A stretch of DNA of 64,000 nucleotides. Source: Alphaproteobacteria bacterium. Its GTDB lineage: Bacteria; Pseudomonadota; Alphaproteobacteria; Bin95. The stretch is taken from the NCBI GenBank assembly GCA_963665325.3, contig OZ224045.1:224001-288000 (forward strand), in the 5' to 3' direction. Each line of letters starts with the position of its first letter. The first letter of the stretch is position 1. This document shows, piece after piece, positions 30,541 through 39,973 of this stretch. Below the pieces are notes generated by a model. The model was not told the origin of the DNA and made no database searches. It was given only the letters and a program-made list of their open reading frames with translations. The position numbers and the translations under genes were made by a program.

Positions 30541-31407
30541 TCAGAACGCGTTGAGCGGAATCTTGAGATAGGCGCGGCCGTTGCTTTCCGGCTCCGGCAG
30601 GTCTCCGCCGCGCATGTTGACCTGGATCGACGGCAAAAGCAGCGCCGGCACACCGAGCTCCCTGTCCCGTTCCGTGCGCATGGCGACGAAGGCCGATTCG
30701 TCGATCCCGTCGCGCACATGCCGGTTCGCCTTGCGTTCCTCCGCCACCGTCGTTTCCCAGGCGACGGGCCGCCCGCCCGGCGCGTAGTCGTGCCCGACGA
30801 AGACGCGCGTTTCGGGCGGCAGCGAAAGGATACGCCGCGCCGAACGGTAGAGCGCGGTTGCGTCGCCGCCGGGGAAGTCGCAGCGCGCCGTGCCGAAATC
30901 CGGCATGAACACCGTGTCGCCTGTGAACGCGGCGTCGCCGATGACATAGGTGACGCAGGCGGGCGTGTGCCCGGGCGTGTGCAGCACCTGCGCTTCCACG
31001 CGTCCTACCTGGAACCGCGCTTCGTCGGCGAACAGCCAGTCGAATTGCGAACCGTCGGTCAGGAACTCCGGCGGCAGGTTGTAGATGTCCTTGAAGACCG
31101 CCTGCACATCGACGATGTGGCCGCCGATGGCCGTTCGGCCGCCGAGCGCTCCTTTCAGGAAGGCGCCGGCGCTCAGATGATCGGCATGGACATGGGTTTC
31201 GAGTATCCATTCCACGGCAAGCCCGCGTTCCCGGACCCGCTCCATGAGCTGCTCCGCGAATGCGGTTTCCGTTCGCCCGGAATAGATGTCGTAGTCGAGC
31301 ACCGGATCGACAATGGCGGCCTGGCCTGTCTCCGGGCAGGCAACGATATAGCTCACGGTCGAGCTGGCTTCGTGAAACAGCGCCTCAACCAGCGGTCTTT
31401 CGGCCAA
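30541..31407 (-). CDS. Persulfide dioxygenase-like (ETHE1/Blh) MBL-fold enzyme
   Basis: ETHVHADH, TPGHTPAC, PDFGTARCDFPGG, GHDY, LKIPLNAF. Confidence 0.88.
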   Translation of the reverse strand: MAERPLVEALFHEASSTVSYIVACPETGQAAIVDPVLDYDIYSGRTETAFAEQLMERVRERGLAVEWILETHVHADHLSAGAFLKGALGGRTAIGGHIVDVQAVFKDIYNLPPEFLTDGSQFDWLFADEARFQVGRVEAQVLHTPGHTPACVTYVIGDAAFTGDTVFMPDFGTARCDFPGGDATALYRSARRILSLPPETRVFVGHDYAPGGRPVAWETTVAEERKANRHVRDGIDESAFVAMRTERDRELGVPALLLPSIQVNMRGGDLPEPESNGRAYLKIPLNAF

Positions 31408-31471
31408 GAGTCGCCCTCCCTCGCCGGGAGACGCTATCCTATACCGGATTCACAAACGGGAGAACGCATCC

Positions 31472-32224
31472 GTGAACGCGCCGCTGATCGACTACCGCTC
31501 CGAAGACGGCATCGCAACGATTACGCTGAACCGGCCCGACAAGATGAATGCGCTATCGAACGGGCTGGTCGCCGAACTGATCCAGGCTTTCGAACGGTTG
31601 CAGGACGGCGACGACCGCGTCGCGATCCTGACCGGCGCCGGCGAGCGAGCTTTCTCGGTGGGCGCAGACCTGCGCGACCCGCCCCGCGACCCGGAACTCT
31701 GGGAATGCATGCCGGGCGTGGGCGTCATGGTGGACAAGCCGATCATCGCCGCCGTTCACGGTTACTGCGTCGGCGGGGCCTTCTGTCTGGTCGAATTCTG
31801 CGACCTCGCCGTAGCCGACGAAACCGCGGACTTCTTCTATCCCGAGGCACAAATCGGCTTCTGCGGCGGGCTGATCGCCGGGCTGGCGGCGCGTATTCCG
31901 CACAAGCTGGCCATGGAATTCATGATGACCGGGAAGCATTTCGACGCGGAGCGCGCTGCGGAGACCGGCATGGTCAACCGCGCCGTACCGAGAGGCGAGT
32001 TGATGGCCGCAGCAAGAGACTACGCGACCATCCTCAGGGACAGCGCGCCGCTCGTGCTGCGGACGGTCAAGCGTTTCGTGCGGGATACCGTGGTGGCGCG
32101 AGGGCCGTCCGAGCTCCAGGCGCTGGCGCGGCGCGAATTGTTGTCGATCAGCCGCAGCGAAGACCAGAAGGAAGGCGGGCGCGCGTTCCGCGAGAAGCGC
32201 AAGCCTGCCTTCAACGGCCGATGA
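31472..32224 (+). CDS. Enoyl-CoA hydratase/isomerase family
   Basis: LNRPDKMNAL, AFSVGADL, KPIIAAVHG, AFREKRKP. Confidence 0.9.
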   Translation: MNAPLIDYRSEDGIATITLNRPDKMNALSNGLVAELIQAFERLQDGDDRVAILTGAGERAFSVGADLRDPPRDPELWECMPGVGVMVDKPIIAAVHGYCVGGAFCLVEFCDLAVADETADFFYPEAQIGFCGGLIAGLAARIPHKLAMEFMMTGKHFDAERAAETGMVNRAVPRGELMAAARDYATILRDSAPLVLRTVKRFVRDTVVARGPSELQALARRELLSISRSEDQKEGGRAFREKRKPAFNGR

Positions 32225-33009
32225 GCGCGGAGATCGTCTTCGAGGTCAGGGACAGGGTTGGCCTCATTCGGCTGAATCGGCCAGAAAAGCTCAATGCCTT
32301 CACCAACCCGATGCTGGAGGACTGGCTGAGGGCGCTGGACGAGGCGGAGGCCCGCGAGGATGTGCGCTGCATCGTTATCACCGGCACGGGTCGCGGCTTC
32401 ACCACCGGCGGCGATGTCTCGACGATGGGCGACGGCCGGGACAACAGCCCCCGAGCGACCAAGGACCGCATTTGGGAGACGATACAGGCAGTGCCCAAAC
32501 GATTGGCGACAATGGACACGCCGACCATCGCCGCCGTCAATGGCGTCGCCACGGGCGGCGGGGTCGATGTCGCGCTCGCCTGCGATATTAGGGTCTGCGC
32601 CGCCTCGGCGCGCTTCGCCGAGACCTATGCCCGGCTCGGCCTCATCCCCGGTGCTGGCGGGGCATACTTCCTGCCCCGCACCGTAGGCACGGCCCGTGCG
32701 CTGGAGTTGCTCTGGACAGCCGAGTTCATCGATGCGGAGACGGCCGAGCGCATCGGGCTCGTCAACCATGTCTATCCCGACGAGAGCTTTCTCGATGACG
32801 CGATGGCGCTTGCGGGGCGCATTGCCGCCGCTGCGCCGCTATCTGTGCGCTACATCAAGCGCACGGTCTATCGCTCGCTCGCGACCGACATGCTGACCAG
32901 CTTCGACCTAGTGTCCTCGCACATGACCGTCGTGCGCTCGTCCGAGGACCATGTCGAGGCCGTCGCGGCCTTCCGCGAGAAGCGTGCGCCCGAGTTCAAG
33001 GGTCGGTGA
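32221..33009 (+). CDS. Enoyl-CoA hydratase/isomerase family
   Basis: C-terminal part of track ORF 30205..33009. True ATG at 32221 overlaps the upstream TGA; LNRPEKLNAF, PTIAAVNG, GLIPGAGG. Confidence 0.9.
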   Translation: MSAEIVFEVRDRVGLIRLNRPEKLNAFTNPMLEDWLRALDEAEAREDVRCIVITGTGRGFTTGGDVSTMGDGRDNSPRATKDRIWETIQAVPKRLATMDTPTIAAVNGVATGGGVDVALACDIRVCAASARFAETYARLGLIPGAGGAYFLPRTVGTARALELLWTAEFIDAETAERIGLVNHVYPDESFLDDAMALAGRIAAAAPLSVRYIKRTVYRSLATDMLTSFDLVSSHMTVVRSSEDHVEAVAAFREKRAPEFKGR

Positions 33010-33033
33010 CGGTCCTCGCATGCGGCCGCACCG

Positions 33034-33072
33034 AAACATGACAATTCATGACATCCCATGACACCTCATGAC
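33034..33072 (+). repeat. Four CATGAC direct repeats at exact 10-bp spacing
   Basis: CATGAC at 33037, 33047, 33057 and 33067. AAACATGACAATTCATGACATCCC matches the reverse complement of 46479-46502 at 23/24 nt. Confidence 0.85.
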
Positions 33073-33150
33073 GCCTCTGCCCTTCCGGCGGTCTCCGGCG
33101 CGGGGCATATTGGCCCCTCCGGTTGCCGCTTCCATCAGGAGAACTGAACC

Positions 33151-33858
33151 TTGTCCAAGTTGACCGCAGAAGATCTCGCCGCGCTGCGCGCCCTCGACAC
33201 CCCCACGATCTGCAACGCGCTGGAGGTCGTGGCCGGCGGCCGGCTGAACACCGGCTTCACCGTCGAGCCGCTTGTCTGCCCGTTCCCAGACCTGCCGCCC
33301 ATCGTCGGCTATGCGCGCACCGGCACGATACGCTCGCAATTCCCGAGTGCCGTCGCGGGTGACGAGGCAACGAAGTTGCGCGTGGCCTATTACGACTATG
33401 TCGCCCATGGCGGTCCGACGCCGCAAATCGTGGTGCTGCAGGACCTGGACGGACCGAGGGCCGGGTTCGGCGCGTTCTGGGGCGAGGTCAACTCCAACAT
33501 CCACAAGGCGCTGGGGTGCCTCGGCGTCGTCACCGATGGCTGCATCCGCGACATCCCCGACTGGGCGGACGGGTTCCAGGCCATTGCCGGGTCGATCAAG
33601 CCTGCTCATGCCCATGTCCATGCCGTGGATTTCGGCGGGCAGGTGAGCGTGGCCGGCATGGTCGTCAACAGCGGCGACCTGGTGCATGCCGATCAACACG
33701 GCGCGGCGGTTATTCCCATCGACCAGGCCCGCGAGGTGCCGAAGGCGGCGGCCGAAGTCGCGGCGAAGGAAAAAATCGTGCTGGATGTCTGCCGCGGCGC
33801 CGGCTTCACCTTCGAGAAGCTGAAACGCGCCATGGTAGGCCCCGAGGACGTGCACTAA
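33151..33858 (+). CDS. RraA/HMG aldolase family protein
   Basis: DTPTICNALE, VGYART, WGEV, VTDGCIRD, GDLVHADQHG. Confidence 0.88.
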   Translation: MSKLTAEDLAALRALDTPTICNALEVVAGGRLNTGFTVEPLVCPFPDLPPIVGYARTGTIRSQFPSAVAGDEATKLRVAYYDYVAHGGPTPQIVVLQDLDGPRAGFGAFWGEVNSNIHKALGCLGVVTDGCIRDIPDWADGFQAIAGSIKPAHAHVHAVDFGGQVSVAGMVVNSGDLVHADQHGAAVIPIDQAREVPKAAAEVAAKEKIVLDVCRGAGFTFEKLKRAMVGPEDVH

Positions 33859-33872
33859 GCGCGGCTGCCTTC

Positions 33873-34391
33873 ATGCGCCTGCCCCTCCTGCCCCTGGCCG
33901 CCATGACCGGGCTGGTCGCACTCTCCAATGTGCTCGTCCAGTATCCGCTCAGCGACTGGCTGACCTGGGGCGCGTTCACCTACCCCGTCTGCTTCCTGGT
34001 CACGGACCTGACCAACCGGATGCATGGCGCGGCGACGGCGCGGCGGGTCGTCTATATCGGCTTCGCCGCCGCCGTGGTCCTGTCCATCGTGCTGGCGACG
34101 CCGCGCATCGCCGTCGCCTCGGGCCTGGCGTTCCTGGTGGCCCAGCTTCTGGACGTCTCCATCTTCGACCGGATGCGGCGACGGATCTGGTGGCAGGCGC
34201 CGCTGGTCTCCTCGATGCTTGGCTCGGCAGTCGATACCGCGCTGTTCTTCTCCATTGCCTTCTACGGCACGGAACTGCCCTGGATAACGCTCGGGATCGG
34301 CGACTTCCTCTGGAAAGCCGCTTTCGCACTCGCCATGCTGATCCCGTTCCGGCTGTTCATGCCGATGACGGGCGGCCGGTTGGCTCAATAG
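33873..34391 (+). CDS. Queuosine precursor transporter (VUT/YhhQ family)
   Basis: SNVLVQYP, TWGAFTYP..FLVTD, AQLLD, DTALFF. Confidence 0.85.
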   Translation: MRLPLLPLAAMTGLVALSNVLVQYPLSDWLTWGAFTYPVCFLVTDLTNRMHGAATARRVVYIGFAAAVVLSIVLATPRIAVASGLAFLVAQLLDVSIFDRMRRRIWWQAPLVSSMLGSAVDTALFFSIAFYGTELPWITLGIGDFLWKAAFALAMLIPFRLFMPMTGGRLAQ

Positions 34392-35140
34392 TTGGAGACG
34401 CCGCCCTCCGCCGGGATGACCGCGCCATTCACCATGCGCGACTCGTCCGACGCCAGGAAGAGCCCGATATTGGCGATGTCCTCCGGCTGCCCGATGCTGA
34501 AGGGATACTGGTTGAAGACGGCGAATTGCCCCTCGTTCACGCGTTCCCGGTCGGGCGGCAGGCGCGCGAGGATCCGTTCGGTCAGGATGAGGCCGGGGCA
34601 GATGACATTGGCGCGCACGCCGTCGTCGGAATAGGAGCCGGCGAGCGAGCGGGTGAAGGAGATCAGCCCGCCCTTCGCAGCCGAATAGACATGCGACGGG
34701 ACGAAGCCGCGCAGCGCCGCGACCGACGAGATGTTGATGACCGCGCCGCCGCCGCCCGCGATCATGTGGGGCACGACATGCCGGCACATCAGCATCGGCC
34801 CCTTGAGGTCGAGCGGGATCGTGCGGTCCCAGACTTCGAGATCGACCTCGTGGATCTTCGTGTCCTCGGGGACCGACCCGCCGGCGCAGTTGAACAGGAT
34901 GTCGATGCGTCCGAACGCGGCCATCGCCGCCGCCGCGCAGGCCGCAGCCGAGGCGTCGTCGGTCACATCGGTGCGGTGAAAGACGGCGCCGGTCTCGGCC
35001 GCCGTCGCGGAACCGGTCGCTTCGTCGATCTCGGCCGCCATCACCTTCGCGCCCTCGCGGATAAAGATACCGGTGGCCGCTTTGGCGATGCCGGTTCCCG
35101 CGCCGGTAATCACCGCGATCTTGCCTTCCAGGCGTCCCAT
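34385..35140 (-). CDS. SDR family oxidoreductase (tandem paralog 2)
   Basis: TGAGTGIA, NCAG, YSAAK. Confidence 0.92.
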   Translation of the reverse strand: MGRLEGKIAVITGAGTGIAKAATGIFIREGAKVMAAEIDEATGSATAAETGAVFHRTDVTDDASAAACAAAAMAAFGRIDILFNCAGGSVPEDTKIHEVDLEVWDRTIPLDLKGPMLMCRHVVPHMIAGGGGAVINISSVAALRGFVPSHVYSAAKGGLISFTRSLAGSYSDDGVRANVICPGLILTERILARLPPDRERVNEGQFAVFNQYPFSIGQPEDIANIGLFLASDESRMVNGAVIPAEGGVSNY

Positions 35141-35152
35141 GTGTTGCGCTCC

Positions 35153-35911
35153 TCAATAAGCGGAGATACCGCCCTCGGCAGGGATCACCGCACCGTTCAC
35201 CATGCGCGACTCGTCGGATGCAAGGAAGAGCCCGATATTGGCAATGTCCTCCGGCTGGCCGACGCCGAATGGATAGCTCTCGAATGTGGAGACCGACCCC
35301 TCGCGCGGCCGCTCCTCGTTCGGCTGGCGGTAGCGGGCGCGGATGCGCTCGGTCAGGATAAGGCCGGGGCAGATGACATTGGCGCGCACGCCTTCGTCGG
35401 AATAGGAGCCGGCGAGCGAGCGGGTGAAGGAAATCAAGCCACCCTTTGCAGCCGAATAGATGTGCGCCGGATGGTTGCCGCGCAACGCTACGACCGAGGA
35501 AATATTGATGACGGCCCCGCCGCCGCCCGCGACCATGTGAGGCACGACATGACGGCACATCAGCATCGGCCCCTTGAGGTCGAGCGGGATCGTGCGGTCC
35601 CAGACCTCGAGATCGACCTCGTGGATCTTCGTGTCCTCGACGACCGATCCGCCGGCGCAGTTGAACAGGATGTCGATGCGCCCGAACTCCGCCATTGCCG
35701 CCGCCGCACAGGCCGCCGCCGAGACATCGTCGGTCACGTCGGTGCGGTGGAACGCAGCCCCGGCGTCCGCCGCCGTTGCGGCTCCGGCCGCCTCGTCAAT
35801 CTCGGCCACCATCACCTTCGCCCCCTCGCGGATGAAGATTCCGGTAGCCACTCTTGCGATCCCGGACCCGGCGCCGGTAATGATTGCGACCTTCCCTTCG
35901 AGGCGTCCCAT
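35153..35911 (-). CDS. SDR family oxidoreductase (tandem paralog 1)
   Basis: MGRLEGKVAIITGAGSGIA, YSAAK; close paralog of its neighbour. Confidence 0.92.
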   Translation of the reverse strand: MGRLEGKVAIITGAGSGIARVATGIFIREGAKVMVAEIDEAAGAATAADAGAAFHRTDVTDDVSAAACAAAAMAEFGRIDILFNCAGGSVVEDTKIHEVDLEVWDRTIPLDLKGPMLMCRHVVPHMVAGGGGAVINISSVVALRGNHPAHIYSAAKGGLISFTRSLAGSYSDEGVRANVICPGLILTERIRARYRQPNEERPREGSVSTFESYPFGVGQPEDIANIGLFLASDESRMVNGAVIPAEGGISAY

Positions 35912-35951
35912 CTCTTGCCTTCCTTCCGATCCCGGCGCTAGGGTCGCGCCC

Positions 35952-37598
35952 ATGGCACAAGAGCTTATCAATCCCTGCGGCATCTACCAGCGCAATAGCG
36001 GCGCGCTGGCGCCGCGCCGCTCTCTGGAGGACGTCAAGGTCGTCGGCCTGTTCTCCAATCTCAAGGCCAATGCGGACCGCTATCTGGAAGAGTTGTCGGA
36101 GCGGCTGAAGGCCCGCTATCCGCATCTGGAGTTCGAACTCTTCCAGAAGATCGCGAGCGAGCCCGCCAACTTTTCCCAGCATTGGCTCGACCGGGTCCAC
36201 GCGGTGGCCGCAGCTTTCGGGGACTGAGGCTCCTGCACGTCGTGGTGTATCCATGACGCGATCAAGCTTGAAGAGCGCGGCATTCCCGTAGCCGTCACCT
36301 GCACGGACGAGTTTTTCGCCCTTGGCAAGGCGGAGGCCGAATGCCTCGGCATGGCCGGCCTGCCGATTGCCGTCGTACCGCATCCGGTGGCGAAACTGCC
36401 TCCGGCCGGTGTGGCGGAGATCGCCGACGAGGTGATAGACCAGATTGTCCATATGCTGGAGGCCGAGGCCGGCGAACTGGCGGAGGAGTGCCGCAACCGC
36501 CCGCTGCCGAAACGCGGGCGAATGCGCTATCGCTCGCTGTTCGAGGGCGATTTCAACGCGCCCGGTGCGCCGGAACGGATTTCCGGCCCCGACTCGCCGG
36601 AGGCGTTGAACCGCGTCTTCTACCAGCGCGGCTGGACGGACGGCCTGCCTTTCGTGGCGCCGACGCCCGACCGCTGGGATGCCATGCTGGGCGGACACGA
36701 TCCCGAAGAGGAAATTGGCTTCATCGAACCGCGCCTTGGTCTTGCGACGGTCGGAAAGGTCGCCGCCAACGCCGTGATGGCCGGGGCGACGCCGGCCATG
36801 ATGCCGACGATCCTGGCCGCAACCCGCGCCATGACCGCCGAGCGGCTGAACCTGAAGGCGCTACAATCGACGACTCATCCTTGCGGCCTGCTGACCGTTG
36901 TACACGGGCCGATGGTGGAGGAACTTGACGTTGCATCGGGTACCAATTGCATGGGTCAAGGTGCCCATGCCAATGCCGCGATCGGACGTGCTGTCCGGCT
37001 GGTGTTGAACAATATTGGGGGCGCGCAGCCTGCCGTCCTCGACCGTGCCACAATGGGAACGCCCGCCAAATACAGCTACTGCTTCGCGGAGAACTTGGAA
37101 GCCAATCCCTGGGCCGCCTTCCATACGGAGCGCGGCTTCGATGCAGAGCAGAATGCCGTCACACTCGGCGGCGTCGAGGGGCCGCACAATGTCAACGACC
37201 ACTACAGCGAAACGGCGGAAGACGTTCTGTTGACGATCTGCGGCACCATGGCCACACCCGGCTGCAACAACTCCTACTTCCACGGCGAATACCTGGTCGT
37301 GATCGGCCCCGAACATGCCGAGGTCATCGCGCGCGAGGGCTGGTCGAAGGAGGATGTCGAGCGCTTTATCATCGAGCGGGCGATCATTCCGCGCTGGCAT
37401 ATCGGTAAGGCGCAGATGGCGCTCTATCGCCAGCAGGTCCCGGAACGGTTCGTCGGCCCAGACGGTCGGGACGGTGTGCGCATCGTGAGCGAGCGGGAGC
37501 AACTCATGGTCATGGTCGCCGGCGGGGCCGGACGCCATTCCTGCGTCATCCCGTCCTTCGGGAGCACGCTCTCCGTCACCGAGGCGATCCGCGACTAG
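35952..37598 (+). CDS. UGSC-type selenoprotein (Sec at TGA 36225-36227) fused to a conserved ~370-aa domain; 548 aa
   Basis: Reading through TGA gives [25 protein letters not shown], in frame with track ORF 36351..37598; SECIS-like hairpin at 36238-36258. Confidence 0.85.
36238..36258 (+). promoter_or_regulatory. Putative bacterial SECIS hairpin
   Basis: CGTCGTGG-tgtat-CCATGACG (8 bp, one G-U pair), starting 10 nt after the in-frame TGA, with GU in the loop. Confidence 0.65.
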
Positions 37599-37602
37599 CC
37601 GC

Positions 37603-38583
37603 TCATCCGCGCAGGTCCGTGAGCAGCGGCATGACGTTGCTGGCGAAGCGTTCGATCTGCTCCGAGCGCCGGTCGTAGGGACCTACGAGATCGACCACGA
37701 CATGCTTGGCGCCCGCCCGATGGAAATCGCGGATGCGCTCGGCCACCTGCTCGCCGGTTCCGAGCGCCGCATAGCGCGCGGCTGCCTTGCGAAAGTCCAT
37801 GGCATAGCGTCGCGACAGCGACTCGGTCGCGATATCGAGTGCGCGCTCATAGCTGTCGTCGATGCGTGCGAACAGTAGATGGCCGGTGCCGAACGGCACC
37901 TCGCCGCGTCCTGCCGCCTCGGCCGCCTGCCCTATTTGGTCCAGCGCCCGCGCGAACATATCGGGCGTCACCACATAAGAGACATAGCCATTCGCGAGCC
38001 GGCCCGCGCGCCGCAAAGCTGGCGGACGCCGTCCGCCGCACCAGATCGGCGGGCCGCCCGGTTGCCTCGGCGGCGGCAGCATCGGCACATCCTCGAAGGA
38101 GAAATAGCGGCCGGAGTAGCTTGCCGGCCTGCCCGACCAGAGCGCGCGAATCGCTTCGATGCACTCGGTCAAGCGGCGCCCGCGCTCCTCGCGAGGCACG
38201 CCGCATACCTCGTATTCCTTGGGGAACTCACCGCCGACACCGACGCCGAAGATAAACCGCCCCTCCGTCAGGTGGTCGAGCGTAGCGGTCATCTTCGCGA
38301 CCGGGCCCGGATGGCGAAGGGGCAGGAGATAGAAGCCCGTACCGAAGACCAGTCGCCGGCTCGCCACTGCCGCCTGAGCAATCATGAGCAAGGGATCGAG
38401 GAAGGGGATCGCGAAGGAGACATGGTCGCCCAACCAGATCTCGTCGAAGCCCTTCGCGTCCACGTCCTCGACAAACGACACCAGGTCATCGATCCGCGGC
38501 TGCCACGGGCCGGTCGGCGAGTCGCCCTCACGGTGGATCGTCTGGATTCCGAGTTTCAGTCCCTCTTCGAGCCGGAGCGCCAT
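37603..38583 (-). CDS. LLM class flavin-dependent oxidoreductase
   Basis: WLGDHV, LPLRHP, GRFIFGVGVG, PPIWCGG. Confidence 0.9.
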   Translation of the reverse strand: MALRLEEGLKLGIQTIHREGDSPTGPWQPRIDDLVSFVEDVDAKGFDEIWLGDHVSFAIPFLDPLLMIAQAAVASRRLVFGTGFYLLPLRHPGPVAKMTATLDHLTEGRFIFGVGVGGEFPKEYEVCGVPREERGRRLTECIEAIRALWSGRPASYSGRYFSFEDVPMLPPPRQPGGPPIWCGGRRPPALRRAGRLANGYVSYVVTPDMFARALDQIGQAAEAAGRGEVPFGTGHLLFARIDDSYERALDIATESLSRRYAMDFRKAAARYAALGTGEQVAERIRDFHRAGAKHVVVDLVGPYDRRSEQIERFASNVMPLLTDLRG

Positions 38584-38650
38584 GCGCCTCCCTCCCCCGT
38601 GGCTGGCGTTTTGGGGTATAGAGCGTCATCCGCAGGGGAGACGCAATGCG

Positions 38651-39973
38651 ATGAACGGGTTTGCATCGCTGGTGGACGACCGTGCCGGCGAGGGCGTCTT
38701 TCGGGTGGACCGGGCGGTCTATACCGACCCGGACGTCTTTGCCGCCGAGATCGAGGCGATCTTCGAGGGCAACTGGATTTATCTCGCGCATGAGAGCCAG
38801 ATCGCGGCGCCGGGCGACTACCTTGCCGTCTGGATGGGCCGCCAGCCGGTGATCGTCAACCGGCGGGCTGACGGCTCTGTTGGCGCCATGCTGAACGCCT
38901 GCGCCCATCGCGGCGCCCGCCTGACGCCCACCCGGCAGGGCAAGGCGACGACCTTCGTGTGCCGCTATCACGGCTGGTGCTACGATACCTTCGGCGCCTG
39001 CACGAAGATCAAGGACGAGCGCACCTCTGCATTGCCGCCCGGCGCATCGCGCGCGGATTTCGGTCTCAAGACGGTGCCATTGGTCGAGAGCTATAAGGGC
39101 TTTGTCTTCGGCTCGCTCAAACCGGACGCGCCGCCGCTCGCCGAACATCTGGGCGAGGCGCTCCCGGTCATCGACCTGCTCGCGGACCAGTCGCCCGACG
39201 GCATGGAGGTTGTTCCGGGGCAGGCAAGCTATGTCGTGGACGGGAACTGGAAGCTCCAGACCGAAAACGGCGTGGACGGTTACCACGTCTCCACCGTGCA
39301 CCGGAACTTCGTCACCACCATCCAGCGCCGCGATCTGAAATCGCAGGCAAGCGGTACTAAGCGGACGGACAACAGCCGCTTCATGGGCGCGACCCGCAAT
39401 GGCTGTTACGACCTCGGCAATGGCCACAACCTGATATGGACCGAACGTGGGATGCCGGAATCGGCACCGCTCTGGGAGGCGAAGGACCGTTTGCTGCCGC
39501 TTGTCGGCGAACGCAAATGGACATGGATGTGCGCGCGGGGCCGTAACCTGCTGCTCTTTCCCAATGTGTTTCTCATGGATCAGTCCTCAACGCAGATTCG
39601 CGTGATCCGTCCGCTGTCGCCGAGCCGCACCGAAATCACGGTCTATTGCATCGCGCCGAAGGGAGAGAGTCGAGCGGCGCGCACGGCGCGGATGGCGAAG
39701 TTCCGTGACTTCTTCCTGATGAGCGGGTTGGCGACGCCCGACGATTCGGCAGCGCTGGAAGATACGCAAGCTGGCTGCGAAGGCCGTCTGGACCGCTGGA
39801 ACGACCTCTCGCGCGGGCTCTCCGCGATGTGCGACGGCGGCGACGATGCGGCCAGCGACCTCGGCATCCACCCGGTTTCCAGCAGCCCGCGCTGGGACCA
39901 CGAAACGCTCTATCACGGGCAGTATCGCCAATGGCGCCGCCTTATGGCGCGTGCTGACAGGACTGCCGCGTGA
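38651..39973 (+). CDS. Rieske aromatic ring-hydroxylating dioxygenase alpha subunit (benzoate/anthranilate-like)
   Basis: NACAHRG..CRYHGW Rieske site; NWKLQTENGVDGYHVSTVH; GLATPDD. Start set at ATG 38651. Confidence 0.92.
   Translation: MNGFASLVDDRAGEGVFRVDRAVYTDPDVFAAEIEAIFEGNWIYLAHESQIAAPGDYLAVWMGRQPVIVNRRADGSVGAMLNACAHRGARLTPTRQGKATTFVCRYHGWCYDTFGACTKIKDERTSALPPGASRADFGLKTVPLVESYKGFVFGSLKPDAPPLAEHLGEALPVIDLLADQSPDGMEVVPGQASYVVDGNWKLQTENGVDGYHVSTVHRNFVTTIQRRDLKSQASGTKRTDNSRFMGATRNGCYDLGNGHNLIWTERGMPESAPLWEAKDRLLPLVGERKWTWMCARGRNLLLFPNVFLMDQSSTQIRVIRPLSPSRTEITVYCIAPKGESRAARTARMAKFRDFFLMSGLATPDDSAALEDTQAGCEGRLDRWNDLSRGLSAMCDGGDDAASDLGIHPVSSSPRWDHETLYHGQYRQWRRLMARADRTAA

Noticed and set aside
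30205-33009. 934-aa ORF starting at the ATG of element A
   Set aside because: Only 32221-33009 is a recognisable protein (enoyl-CoA hydratase, with its own coupled ATG). The rest is antisense to tusA and the ETHE1-like gene and off-frame over the first hydratase, which is typical of a high-GC shadow frame.
35952-36227. UGSC and GrdB-like loci as nonsense pseudogenes or gene pairs
   Set aside because: In both, the single stop is TGA, sits exactly at a UxxC motif and is followed by a SECIS-like hairpin. Recoding is the simpler explanation.
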